Shown here piece after piece: positions 51,075 through 63,716 of a stretch of 64,000 bases of DNA (position 1 is the first letter of the stretch; the number at the start of each line of letters is the position of its first letter). The stretch covers positions 372,001 through 436,000 of the forward strand of contig JALDZS010000002.1 in the NCBI GenBank assembly GCA_022813965.1, written 5' to 3'. A program made the position numbers and the translations under genes. The DNA is from Toensbergia leucococca. Its lineage: Eukaryota. The notes beneath the pieces were generated by a model, which made no database searches, was not told where the DNA came from, and saw nothing but the letters and a program-made list of their open reading frames with translations.

Positions 51075-52338
51075 TTACATACTTTGGTTGCTGGAAGCAT
51101 CGACCACGTTGTCCGAAAGATTGATAAGGAGTTGAGCAAGGCAGCGCTTCGTAGCTGCATCATCACGAAGGACCGATGAAAATGTAGCATCTCGTAGTGG
51201 CTCCGGTAAGCATTGACGGAGAGCCTCACGAGCCCGAGCATTGTCGCTAAGGCTAGACTTTAGTGAGTAGGAAGCTTCTTGCTATTAATAGTCAAGAGTA
51301 CAAGCATACCGAAGGAAGCATCGGACCACATGCTTCAGTAGGCGTACAGTTTGCTGCTCCACCAGCTGTGTGACCATGTTACTGAGGACTGTGCCGACAG
51401 CGTAGAATCTTTCATATGTATGGCAGATGTAGCCGAGACCAGTATCATCAAGTAATATCTTTTGGACTATGAATATTGCTACTGTTTTGCTCAGCTCGGA
51501 GCCAGTCTCCATGATCCGCAGACACAGCGGTATGATCTCGGTGGTTAATAGAAAATTGATGACCTCGGACGAGTCGTTTTTTACTAGAGCACCAATGACG
51601 CCGAGGGAGGTGAGACGAAGATATTCGAATGGGCGGGATTTGGAGGTAGTATTTAGAAAAGGATACAGAAACAAGGGTATATGCGCTATTGGGGTGGTCA
51701 GCATATATTCTTCAAGATGAGTGACTGAACAAGTACCATTTAGAAACAAGGCTCGAGTCTCGTTATGCGAAGCAACGCACTGTAATAGAGCAAGGGCATT
51801 ACATACACGGTTCGACGCTGCTGCTGTAAGTTGAGAAGGGTTAAGCAACGGGTATACTGATATAATCTCCTGCAGGAGAGAGGTCATAACGCCTAGGATC
51901 AAGAGTCAGTTAATCGATGCAGTGTTTTAGGCCAAATATGAACCCACCAAACGAATGCCAAATGATCAATGCGAGCTCTGGCACTTGTTCTCTCTTTTTG
52001 CTCAACTCCATTAGGGCCGTCTCTCGCGAACTACCGTTCATCAACTCAGCCACCCATCCTAGCACCCGTCTGTTCTCTTCATTAAAGGTCACATCCATGG
52101 AGCCCTGGGTAGGATGGTGTTCTGGATTCATAGCTGAAGGGTTATTGTTTGGGCCACTGGCGGCAATGCGATTGAAATGCTGTTGGTGAGCAACTTGGGC
52201 AGCCTGAGCTTGAGCCTGGGCATGTTGATGTGCGGTCGGATGGGGCTGCTGCTGGCGGTGATGTCCTTGTTGCTGATGGAGCCACGAAGGCTCGGTTTGG
52301 GGGTACTGATGTGAGAAGACGTGTTGCGATGGCAGCAT
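51075..52338 (-). CDS. CAF40: CCR4-NOT subunit Caf40/Rcd1 (CNOT9)
   Basis: [71 protein letters not shown]-rich N-terminus; 3 introns. Confidence 0.97.
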
Positions 52339-53049
52339 CTTGCCGGCGAAGTGACAAAGGTGTGACGAAACCCCCCTTCAGTATTCAAGACTCAAGAGGT
52401 ATGGCACAAGTAATGGTGATCGGATCTTGACATGGTGAGCTGTCGAGGGGTTTTCGTCTCTGCAATTTAATGTGCGAGCACGAGGCAGAGGGGCCCTCGG
52501 GCGCTCTGGGTCAATAAATTCTAAATAGCCGCGGGGAGCGGAACAATAGAATAGCGGCATCTCTCATGAATAGCACCTTCACCTTCACAACAGGGCCTCA
52601 ATTGATTATGAAGTACCCAAGGTAGGCGCGAGGTAAGTATTGATGCAGCAGACTTGGATGATTCACCTACCTAATGTTTGTTTCAAGCTGGCTCGCATAC
52701 GACATCAATGCTAGTTGATCTTCTTGCAGCGCTTTAGTCCTGCAGCAGCATCCTTCCCTATCTGTGCAAAGGTAGGGAAGCCAGAGATGCAGCAACACTC
52801 TTTTAGATACAGAATTTCATATCCATGTCTTCTCGAGTGCCGAGACTGGCTAAAAGGCTAGTATCAAACTACGAAGAACAACGTTAGTGCTTGGTGGCAT
52901 TATTACAAGGAATTCTACGGGGAGAGTATTTGCATTAGCAGCTCTGTTTTGTAGCCTTTGAACCCATTCATAGAATAGTCCTTTTTCTTTGACAATGTCC
53001 AGATCATGCGCGCTTTCGTCGGGTCACTCAACTCGTTTCTTCCGTACAT

Positions 53050-54497
53050 CTAATCTCGATTGTAAGCCTTCAGCTCCTCCCCATCTTCTGTTGCAAGACA
53101 ACTTCTATCTATATCGCTCAAGCCGCGGCATCCAGACAATCCCACTGTTAGATCGAAGTCGGCAAGTAGTGATCGGAGTACGTGACGAGCTCCCTTCTCT
53201 CCTTCATGCGCCAGACCCCAGAGGATAGGACGTCCAAGCTGAACGAAATCGGCACCCAACGCCAGTGCTTTGAATCTTTGCTCCTTGTCAGACTCCAGGA
53301 GACTCAATCTATCAATCCGAAACTCACATATCCGCTCCACATCGGATCCCACTGTCAAATCCTATTGTCATTCGACCGCCGACTGCGTCAACGATCTTCG
53401 GTAGTGCCCGCAGGGATCCTATGGCTCCGTTGACTTGTCGACCTCCATGCTTCAAAAGTATCAGCAACTTTTGCCTCCTAAAGGCCGGGACAACTTACAT
53501 TGCTCACAATAATCCCGTCCATGCCATATTCCAAAGCAAGTTTCGCATCTGCCACGGACTGAATGCCCTTTAAGACTATGGGCTTTTCGCCCCAAAGTTC
53601 CCGGAGCAATTTTAGATTCTCCCATCTCGGCGAAATGCCTCTTGTGGTAGAAAGGACATGGAACAGCGAAGCAATGGCCTTCTGCTCCTGAGTACTACCT
53701 GGAGCTAGAGCATCAAACCCAAGTTTCTCATGAGCACATTTGTCTTCCAATCCGATTTGAGTTCCAATTCCTTGTACGAATGGAAAGAAACCTGTGTCTA
53801 GATCACGTGGACGCCAGCTTAATTGCCACGTATCGAGAGTAACTACCAAGACATCATAGCCATTATGCTTTGCCGTATCAAGGAACGATCGAGTCAAGTC
53901 ATTGTCTGAAGGCCAGTACAATTGGTACCACCGAGGGTTCGAGTTACCGTTTGCCTCGGCTACAGATTTCATGCCTTTACTGGCAGCGGTGCTTAACGTA
54001 AATGGGAGTCCCATCTCTCCAAACACCTTGGCGCTTGCCAGCTCACCGTCGGGATGCATCAATGATTGAACGCCTATGGGTGCCATGACTATGGGTGCAG
54101 GAAGCAAACGTCCAAATATTGTCCTAGAGTAGTCACGCACTGGCTGTACGCTCCTCATCATCCGTGGCACAATACACCACTATTAAAAGCAATCCATGAA
54201 TGAGACTCTTACTAATGGATACCAAGTCATGCACTCGTTTGAAAGGCTACTCACATGATCGAATGCACTTAGGTTCGCTTGCATCGTTTTCTCAGTGCTG
54301 CATCCCCCAGCAACATAATCGAAGGCTTCTGGTCTCAATCGTGACTTGGCGGATTCTTCAAGGTTGTGAAATTTGGATGTGACTTCAGGCGCGGCCAGAG
54401 TAAGATGTTTAGTCAAGTAAATTTGGCTCGAGTATGAAGCATAGCTCTTTTCTCCTTCACTTGATAGTGCCTTGATTAGATCTTGTGCAGAAGACAT
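53050..54497 (-). CDS. FMN-dependent alpha-hydroxy acid oxidase, lactate 2-monooxygenase-like
   Basis: AFDYVAGG, MAPIGVQ, WYQLYWP, VTLDTWQLSWRPRDLD, IVLKGIQ, IVSN|HGGRQ, DSGIRCGAD|IFKALALGA, GRP; 3 introns, frame intact. Confidence 0.92.
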
Positions 54498-54569
54498 GAT
54501 GGTCAACCTCGACTTTTTGTTTGAATACTTGAATACAATGAACGTTTTAGTCTCATATTTTTGGATTAT

Positions 54570-54666
54570 CCGAGGTTGCATTTAGTGCTTCTCCGCAATC
54601 GCGTCTATTGCCTAGCGTCGTTAAACGCTCTCATAACGATAGCCGCAAAGCACACATATCCCGAGG
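54570..54666. promoter_or_regulatory. Two CCGAGG (FarA/FarB-type) motifs in the oxidase promoter
   Basis: TATCCGAGGT (core 54570-54575) and TATCCCGAGGT (core 54661-54666), about 70 and 165 bp upstream of the ATG at 54497. Confidence 0.5.
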
Positions 54667-55306
54667 TACTTTGTCGTCCACGACGATTTCGGACTCGAAT
54701 CAATATAGATAAGGAAGCAACTCTTTATTTTCCGCATGATCTGGCCGTTCAATGTTATATATAAGCACAGGTATAGGCAGGAAACGTACTTATTTGTCGC
54801 CATTTCAAAGTGGAGATAATGTAGATTTATCGTTTGACATGCAAGAGATGTGGTATCTGTTCTGCCGATATCCCAGATATCTCCCTCTAATCTTGCACGT
54901 GCCGCTAGGACAGAGAGCTCTCTCGGCAGTTGTATTAAGATTTCGTCTTGGTATCGGTGCGGAATCTTGAAATGCGGTCTCTACAATTTGGTGCGGACGA
55001 CGGAGGATGCAGTCCATTGAAGCAAGGAAAGGGCATGGACTCAAGTCATTACTCAGTTGGAAGAGGTGCTGGCATGATATGTCAGGACGTGAGATCTGGA
55101 GCACCATGGATGGCGTGTCCAGTGGAGTAGGATCAGACATCAGAATTGAAGAAACCGAGCATCGCTAAAAATAGAGCAATATTGCCATAGCTAGAGGTGA
55201 GCGTAGCATTGATTATGGATTCAGCTTCCGCCTCGTTGTTGCATTTCCACGAAAAAGTCATTGATGTCGGTGGAATTAAGTAAGTAGTTCATATCAAAGT
55301 CGGGGT

Positions 55307-55342
55307 TCATTCCACTGTTCATTCCACTGTTCATTCCACTGT
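55307..55342. repeat. 12-nt tandem repeat, about 3 copies
   Basis: (TTCATTCCACTG) repeated three times downstream of the TF stop. Confidence 0.85.
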
Positions 55343-55417
55343 ATAAATCGCAAGCCAATCTCAGCAAGTGTCATGAAAAAGAGTGCAGTTTTCCGAAATC
55401 TAATAATGGCTGACTTA

Positions 55418-57905
55418 CTATCCATTATCACCTTTATACACCGACGAATCAGGATCCCAAAACTCAGCGAGCCCCAGGTTCGACAATGTATCATCATCAC
55501 TGAAGCTATTGAATCTCGTACGTTGCTGATCAGCCTGGCCAGATTCTGGCGTCAACAACATCGAACTATCATTTGATAGACTAGGAGCTCGATTTTTCAA
55601 CTTGCTGATAGCTTCTCTGAAGAGTTCTCCGGTGAATGCTGCGGCGAAGTAGGTATCTTCGAGCTCGCTCATAACCATCAAAAAGAACTCGAGCTTGTGT
55701 AAGCCCATACGCCTGACAAGGGGGCTGGAGGATTTCAGATCAAGAAGATAGACATGCATGGTCGGCCCCAAAAGAATGAATCTTCAGCATTGACAGTCTC
55801 AGCGGATTTCTAATTTTCTAGACAAGGATACATACTCACGTAATAGGACCGATGAATCGAATCATCTCTGCAGCAACAACGGTATCTAGTATGACATAAG
55901 TATTCGCGGCCGCGTCTTTGACTTTCTTTTGAGCAGTTGTCTGCATCATCTCTTGCTCGATAGGTGGGATGCTCTTTGCGTCATTGGATATGTAAGGACG
56001 CCACAGCGCGATGCTAGTAGCACTAACAACAGATATGAGTCAATACAGAAATTGTCTAAACCAATGAGGGCACTTTACTGATAATGTAGATTCAACTGAT
56101 ACTCGTGGAAGGTTGTTATCCGCCCCGTTTCCTTGCTCCGGTCATTGACTTGTTCAGAAATTTCCAGTATTTCATTATCGAGTTTTCTTATTTTAGAAGT
56201 TGTAGGTCTCGCTCCGTTCGGCCGGTAGTTCATACTTATTATTTCCCCTAAAAGTGTACTCAATTTCAATATAGCAACCCAATACCGGGCCAAATGGAAC
56301 GAATCGTTAGTGGTGTGGATGTACTTCGACTTGATGGAATCAGGCAACTCGTCCAACTCGCTCACTACATCATCAGGTGACGGCATTGGGCAGTCACAAT
56401 CATCCATATTGACTCTCATGGGCCGTCCCAACATAAAACCAAGCCATCTATCCCGGGCGAGGCAGCTCCACCAGATACGCCGCCACAGGCGGCGCTGATG
56501 ATTAGAGACGCGATGATTTCTCCGGCCTGAATCTGGATTCCGATGTAAACCCATTTTCTGTGAGAGGCTGATGGCAACTCCAATCCAATGCCAAGATCCA
56601 GTGCGTTCGTCTGCATGGGAGTACCAGAAACCCAAGAGAAAAACGGATTGTACAAGAACCACTTTGTCCTCTTCACAGTCACTATCATACAAACACTGGA
56701 GTGGGTACAGAGTCAGAAGAAGCAGATCCACCAGGGGATCCGTACGGATATCTAGTGCGACATGCCTTTGCTCTCTCATATAGTGATCGTTTCATCTCCA
56801 TTCTCGAAGAGTAGCCTGCGGCACGACATGTTTCAATTTCAACATACTTTTACTCATCAGTCAAATCCACTGACCCAAACCATTGTCACTCACATTTGAC
56901 GCTACGCTGAACATACTCCACAAAAGTAGGAGATTGTTTTTCTTAGGACCATTCTTAACGTAGTGAACCAGTACGGTTTTTGCATCAACAACTGGAGAAA
57001 ACGGGTGAACATGATGGAAGTAGGACTGTAGAAGAGCTTCACAAATGTTTTCGGCTGGCAGTGAAAAGACACCTTTTGATTGAAGATACGCGACATCCTC
57101 TGGCCGCCGAGACTTAATGGCACGTGGAATCAGGTAATGACTCCCTCCAGAAGACCTGTCTGGATCAATTACGTCAAGAAGATAGGCATAACCTTGACGA
57201 TCTCCTACAGAACAGCTTAGCCAATCACGCTTCGTTCTCAGGAGCCCAGAATTTATACAGGCATCTTCACAAGGCACTCGAGCTTACCAACAAAGAAAGG
57301 GGCAGGAGTGACGCCTTCTGCCGGCCTGTCACTCACGAGTGTGGAGACCAAGGCCGTGCTGCTCTTTCCTTCCTCATCGTCTTGAGCTCGAGAAGGACTT
57401 GGACGTGGATCATTAAGAGTTAAAGCAGCTTCTCTGCGTTGGTCAGTAGCATTGGTCCGAGAGGCTGTGCTGTTAGTATTGTAGTCTAGGACTTGGTCTC
57501 GAGAAAATCTTCGGGCCGTCGGTGGAGTTGATTTCGAGGTATCAAGTGTGGCGGTAAATTGGACGGCGGGAGTCGTGGCAGGAATTTGAGCCTCGCTTGA
57601 CGTTCTGTGATGCCTAGAATAAATCTCGGCTCGGTCAGAAAACTTCTGAACTTCTGTCATGCCACCAAGTCTATCCGTTCCTACATTTGCCTTCTAGGAG
57701 GAAGCTCGCAAGTGAAGCCGTCTTGGGCGCAATTGACGCATGGAGGTCCTGCAACAGTGACATTACACCGGACCTTTCGTTGATGGCACTTTCGACAAGC
57801 CAAAGCAGCCCTTCTTCGCAGGCGGACGTTCTGTGTGTCGGTTCTTTGTATCTGTACAGGATGTTTGCCGTGGGACTTCTCGGCCGTCTCGCCATAATGG
57901 CTCAT
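55418..57905 (-). CDS. Zn(II)2Cys6 transcription factor with fungal-specific TF domain, CTF1/FarA-FarB-like
   Basis: RAALACRKCHQRKVRCNVTVAGPPCVNCAQDGFTC; YLQSKGVFSLP, YFHHVHPFSPVVD, QSVFLLGFW, GLHRNP, RRIWWSCLARDRWLGFMLGRP; multi-exon, including one GC-AG intron. Confidence 0.9.
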
Positions 57906-58292
57906 CTTTACCAGGACCTCGGGGTATCGTCGACGTATTGAGACGCTCACAATACGACCTACTGATGAAAACTGACAGTGTGACGGTGACTCCGGAAAGA
58001 CAAGGCAGAATGTTCTCAATGATCCTCGTCCTTTCTTAATACGAATGAACCACCTTCGATGCAGGACCGCTGAGATGTCTGAGTGAAAGACCCTAGTGGA
58101 ACTACTCGTTTGCCCGATCTTATATTCCAGCCATGCTAGAGTACCATAACAAGCCCCATGTTACCTGAACTGTGTTGGTGATACCGTATCGTTCTACATC
58201 AATCTTACGGTAAATAATACCTTCTTCCCGACCTTCCGTGGCTAAGAACTGAAGAAGTCGGATCCATCAGTCTTCTTTTCGCTTTAGCTGAA

Positions 58293-58901
58293 GGGTGGTG
58301 ATACATGTACACCCCCTTTTGATACCTGTACACCCCACCCCCCTTCGGGCGCAATATCACCGAGGGAAATTTTATCATTCTGCACTACATCTTGCCTCGA
58401 TTCCTCACCACCTTTGCAAGCCATTTACTTGTTTCATTTGCATGCCATATATAACCTTCACTGCAGTAGGGGATCATACAACAGGCATTTGATAGAGGTT
58501 CACAGAGATAACCGTCTCAATTTGAGGTGATAGATTGGGGCGACCGGGGTGACCGGGGTGAGCGAGGACCTAGAGGGCGAGGCGGGCGAGGACCTAGAGA
58601 GGGGGGGAGGTGGAGGTGGAGTTCCCGTGGATAACAGAGTATTTCATGATTTTGAAAGGAGGTAATCATGATTTTTTGCGCCCGGGGGGTGATCGTGCGC
58701 CCGGGGGTGAGGGAATCAACTCAGGATGTGATAGAAAAGCATAGTTTTTCTCCTAGAGAATTTGGCCTCTAGATGGCACGCAAATGAAACAAGTAAATGG
58801 CTTGCAAAGGTGGTGGGGAATCGAGGCAAGATGTGGTGCAGAATGATAAAATTTCCCTCGCGCCTGAGGGGTGGGGGGGGGGTGTACACGTATCACCAGC
58901 C
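58293..58901. mobile_element. Non-autonomous DNA transposon (MITE), 609 bp, long TIRs, 8-bp TSD TAGCTGAA
   Basis: Left end GGGTGGTGATAC, right end GTATCACCAGCC; 58361-58448 is the reverse complement of 58773-58860 with 3 mismatches in 88 nt; TAGCTGAA at 58285-58292 and 58902-58909. Confidence 0.92.
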
Positions 58902-59541
58902 TAGCTGAAATAACTGTGTATATATTACAAATCATGCCTAGGTACAGAACTCCCCGGGAATGTGTGACGGTAAACAGTTGCTTATGCCTGCCCAAACACA
59001 TAGAAACACGGGTAGTGGTTTTCCTTGTGGTATTGAATCTTCTAGAATACCTATGCAAGACAGACTGCTTTGTTTTAGATCACTGTTATATACACAGTGA
59101 TCCTCACCCTCTTTAGATAGTATTTCAAATCAAGAATTCATGCTCTCTTCAAATTCAGGATTAACATAATCAATTTTGCCTACGGCCCATTTGTGGGAAG
59201 GGTATTTATTTCCAAGGACCAGGCAAAATACTACTAGGGAATAAGTAGTTGATTGCCTCTCGAGTCACTTCAATCACTACGTGCTACGAGTAGTACAAGT
59301 AGAAAACAGCTTCAGTTGACGGCTCCCCTTGCGCCTTGACACAAGAAGAGTCGTAAAATAGTAGTAGGTATGCAGAACGCTTCACCAAGATGCATCAGCA
59401 TTTCACGCAACAAAGGAGACTCGTGATCAAACCACTGGGCAAACCTTGCATGAACCAAAGCACCTCCTCTCTCCCGCCACCTGAAGTCCCTACCAAAGAG
59501 TTGAATGTTCCCTTCTACCTGTACTTGCTCCAATAACCTCA

Positions 59542-62500
59542 TCACAGCCGAAGCGCATCGAGTATCTTCTGGGCCATATTCTTATACTGCCACGTCCCTC
59601 CAGCCACTTTTTTGAATTGTATACCGTGTAGGGAGAATAGAGGAACCTTGACAATGAATATCTCAAACTTCAGCACCATGCTACCGCCAAGCTCGCTTTG
59701 CACATGAGTTGTTGTCTCACCGGCTGGCCTCTCGGTATCGTGTCGGCCGACACTCTCTTCCGACTCTTCCGAGTTGGTGTAGCTGGTATCAGGTGCGTGT
59801 CTCTTGGATGGTGCCCGAGCCGTCTTTGCTGCTTTCTCCTGCTCACGCGCTTGCTCTCGGATTTCCTCGCGGTCACGGTCCCCACTCCTCAATCCAGCAA
59901 AGCTGATTCTACGCCGTTGACTGGAGTTCATCATTCCCTGTTGCTCTGGGCTTCCAGCGTTGCTGTCAACCACACGATTGAGGTCGATACTAGGCGCATG
60001 GCGACAGCTGAACCCGCCCTTGATTTCCGTGTATTCCACACCAAGCTGCTTTAACACCCTAATGATGTCGACCCGGATGAATGGAAGTGGCTTATTACTC
60101 GTGGTCGAAACACTGAAGAGGCCTTTCAGGTAGACTGGCTTCATGTTGTCAGGACTCCCAGTCTTTCCCTCTAGCTCGTCGTCTGCGGCGAGCTCCTGAT
60201 CAGTCTCTTCTGGTACGTTGGCTTCCCGGAGTTCTTCTCTTCGAGTGCGTCGAACTTGCATGCTCTGGCGACTCGCATGACCAAGAGACTTGGTGCGCAT
60301 TGTTGCAGAACGGCTATTCAGGCTGGACGTCTCTCCTGCAGAGGCCGGTTCATTCCCCTTGACCTTCAGACCACTGATACTGGATCTGTCAGAACCACTG
60401 GTGAGGGGAGGGTCACCTATTGGTATTGATGGTTGTCCTTCCGAGACGCCTCTTCGAGACTGTCGTCTTCTGAAATCGCCAGAATTGACACTGGTTGATC
60501 GGCCTAGGAAAGTTCCAGTCCTAGACTTTGCCTCGGTCGCAATTGGTGGGTTCAATAGCTCACGGTGATGTGACTGGCTTCCACTAGGCTGGAGTAGTGC
60601 TGACGGCGAGGGATCTCTGTTTCGAGATCTCCGCATACTGAAGCTTTTCTGAGGCGCTGCTGTATCGTCGGGAGGCTGTAGCTGCACTGATGGTGGACGC
60701 TGGTTATCTCTAAAATCCCTATTTGTATCCTTACTACGTCGTGTGCTGAACCTTCGTAATAGACCAACAGCAGTACTTTCCTTCCTTGTCGGGGCCTGAT
60801 CCAAGGGTGGAGTCATGACGGCTGGAGGTGCGTAACTGCCTGGCAAATCGAGTGTGACTTTCTTCATGCCTTCTGTCATTTCGTCTTCACCGTGTGTCCT
60901 GGATCTTGGCCGAGAACGGCCGCCTGTAGCCTTCTCACCGGGCATCTCATAGGCGGTAGGATTGGTGTATGCTGCTTCAGGTGCTGGCAAGTCCGGCATC
61001 TTTAATGGCTTCTCGCCGGGTGATATCGGCATGCTCAGTGCTCCAGGATTGACCTCCACACGTTCTCTTTCCTGCTTTTCTCGGACTAGATAATAAATTG
61101 ATATTAAAGGACTAAAAGCGTTAACGGGATCGGAGCCTAGCTGCACAGCTTCAGCGGATGGATTTGGAAGTGTATCTCTGCTTGTGGTAGATCCCCGGCG
61201 CTTGTAGAAGTCGAAAACGCCTCTTTTTTTCTCACCTGCCAAGGCCATGGCTGATTGTTCTCGAGAATTCAATCTCACTGCATTTTGGTATTCTTCTGAA
61301 TCAATGACTTTAGTCAGTTCCCTCGTGATAAAATCTGATGACCCGAAATCAAAGCCAGTCATTTTTTCCACAATCGCCGGATCCAGCGGCAATTGGACTG
61401 GCTCACGGTGAGGAAGATAGTTTTCAGGAGGTGCGTTGAACCCTTTTGTGATCCAGGGATGATTCATGATTTCTCCAAGACTTGCTCGTTGCTTGGGATC
61501 CGTGACTAGCATTCTCGCAATCAGACTTTTGCACTCTGTGGTGACGTTAGCGACGCCACTTCGGCAGCACTGTGATCAATGTCAACATTTACCTGCAGAA
61601 AGCCATGCTGGATAGTCAACTAGACCCTTCTTGATCTTCGCATGTAGCTGCGGCATGCTCTGATCGTCGAATGGGACTTTACCACACACTAGGACATATA
61701 GAACTATACCAAAACTCCAGACATCCACCTCGGGGCCTGTATATTGCCTTGCTTGCAGAAGCTCTGGCGCCGCAAAATATAAACTACCGCAGAATGTCTT
61801 CAATAGACTTCTTGGTGAGAATAGGTTACTCAAACCAAAATCGATGATCTTGATATCTCCAGTCTTGCTTATCAGAATATTCTCGATTTTCAAGTCTCTG
61901 TGTACGATGCTGTTCCTATGACAGTAATCAAGTGCACTAGCAATCTGACGACCGAATTTCCTTGCTTGTTTTTCTTTCAGTCTTCCGTGTGAAATTATGT
62001 AGTCTAACATCTGGCCCCCATTGACGTATTCGAAGAGCATGTACCAGTGGTAATTTGTCCTCACCACATCGCGCATCGCACAAATATATGGATGGTCTAG
62101 CAGGGTGACAATAGCTGCTTCTCTAGCTGTTCTGATCTCCTTTGACTGATCTGCACGCTCCCGGTCTCGGTGATTGTGGTGTTCGTCGGTTGACTGTCTA
62201 GGTACGATCTTGACCGCTACCTGATGATATGAATTGATTAGCTCCATAGTTGCGTCCCTGAGTATACAACAGGTACTGGAGCAAATGAACCCATACCTGC
62301 TCTCCAGTTTCTAGGTTCTTAGCTAGTTTGACTTTGCCCATGCTCCCTGCTCCTATAGTCTTGCCGAGAGACCAGTGCCCTGTCGTAGCCGCTATGGTAG
62401 TCCGTCGTTTTGCGGTACTAGAAGCTCCTTGACCAGCTCCATCCACTTGTGTTCTTGCTCCACTTGGTGCATGTGTAGCTACTGGACCACCAGCGACAGA

Positions 62501-62911
62501 AGATGCGATCCCGGTTCCCGACATGTCTGAGTTATACCGCGAGTGGCCAGGCCTTGAGGAGCTACGACGAGTGCTTCGAATAGACTCAGCCCTTTGTTTA
62601 GTCGGCGGACCGGCATAAGCACGATCCCGAGAAGAGCTGCGACGCGATGATGAGGAGGGGCGAGCTAGAATAGTATTTTCGTAGTCTCTTCGCGCAACGC
62701 CAGCAAGTGGTGTCTGATGAGAAGACGATGGAGCCCGATTATATGAGTGTGACTGTGAATTCGATCGAAGAGGCCCTGTAGATGTTAGTGGAGGCTTCGT
62801 TGCAGCAGAAGAGGTTCGACTAGGTCGGTCGCCCGCAGGCGCAGTCTGGGATTGCTGTCGACGCGATGAGCTGCGTACAACAGTAGGAGAGGCCGTGGAT
62901 GCTGCCGACAT
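59542..62911 (-). CDS. KIN1: Ser/Thr kinase Kin1/Kin2 (MARK/PAR-1 family) with KA1 domain
   Basis: [42 protein letters not shown]-terminal [15 protein letters not shown]...[29 protein letters not shown] (KA1); 2 introns. Confidence 0.96.
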
Positions 62912-63716
62912 TGCAGATCTTTAGGAGTCAACAAGATCAATGAATGTAGGTCCTGAGTCTTCGAATGCAGCGAATGCAAATTTGAGGTCGAGGTGAGATC
63001 TAACAGAACGATTTGCAAAGTCACAGTCGTCAGGAGGTTCGCGCCGAGGGTCAATGAGAGACCGAGGGATACCGACGTAGGGCCCTCAAGTCCTAAAAGT
63101 AGTAAGTCGAGTTCAAGGGACAAGTCTGCAAGATGGCAATCTAGGAAAGTCGGTCGAGATAGTTCATGGGTCCGGGTGGGTGGTTGGGTAGTATGGCCGT
63201 CTCGTAAGCGATCTAGTCACGCACCACTGAGCGGTGACGGAAAGCTTGGTCACACAGGTCGAGTGTCGAGTACTCCGTATGTAAAGGCGCGAAGGAAAGC
63301 AGCTCGTCAATGCTTCAATAGGACGTTACGACATGGATGCTTGAAAAGGAACTTCGAGTTTGGGGAAGGTGGTATCCGTAGTATGCCTGATCAGCGCTGA
63401 GGTGCAGAGAATGCTATGTGTAAAGTACGGCGTAGGTATGCTTGGAAGTTCGTGAGACTACCTTAATGAACCAAGCTTCTGAACCCTGTGTGCTGGAGTG
63501 CCTCATAGATTGTCGTATTGACTATGTCAATGGACTCATCTTGATATTGATATCAGTAGCACCGCTCAATAAGGTAACAGCGGTACCGCGTTAGTAAGTT
63601 TGAGATACGGCTAAGGAATTTACAATACAATGCTTAATTAAGCCTATCAAGACTGTCATAAGCAGTGGACTCAGGTCTGTTGGGTGATTATTTGAACATG
63701 CCTTGTCTGGATCATC

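Noticed and set aside
52748..52790. Small stem CTTCCCTATC/GGTAGGGAAG near the left edge of the island
   Set aside because: Too short, with no TSD or match to the MITE ends; may be chance.
58295..59058. Two ORFs sharing RGKFYHSA.HLASIPHHLCKPFTCFIC
   Set aside because: Translations of the two MITE inverted repeats, not a gene pair.
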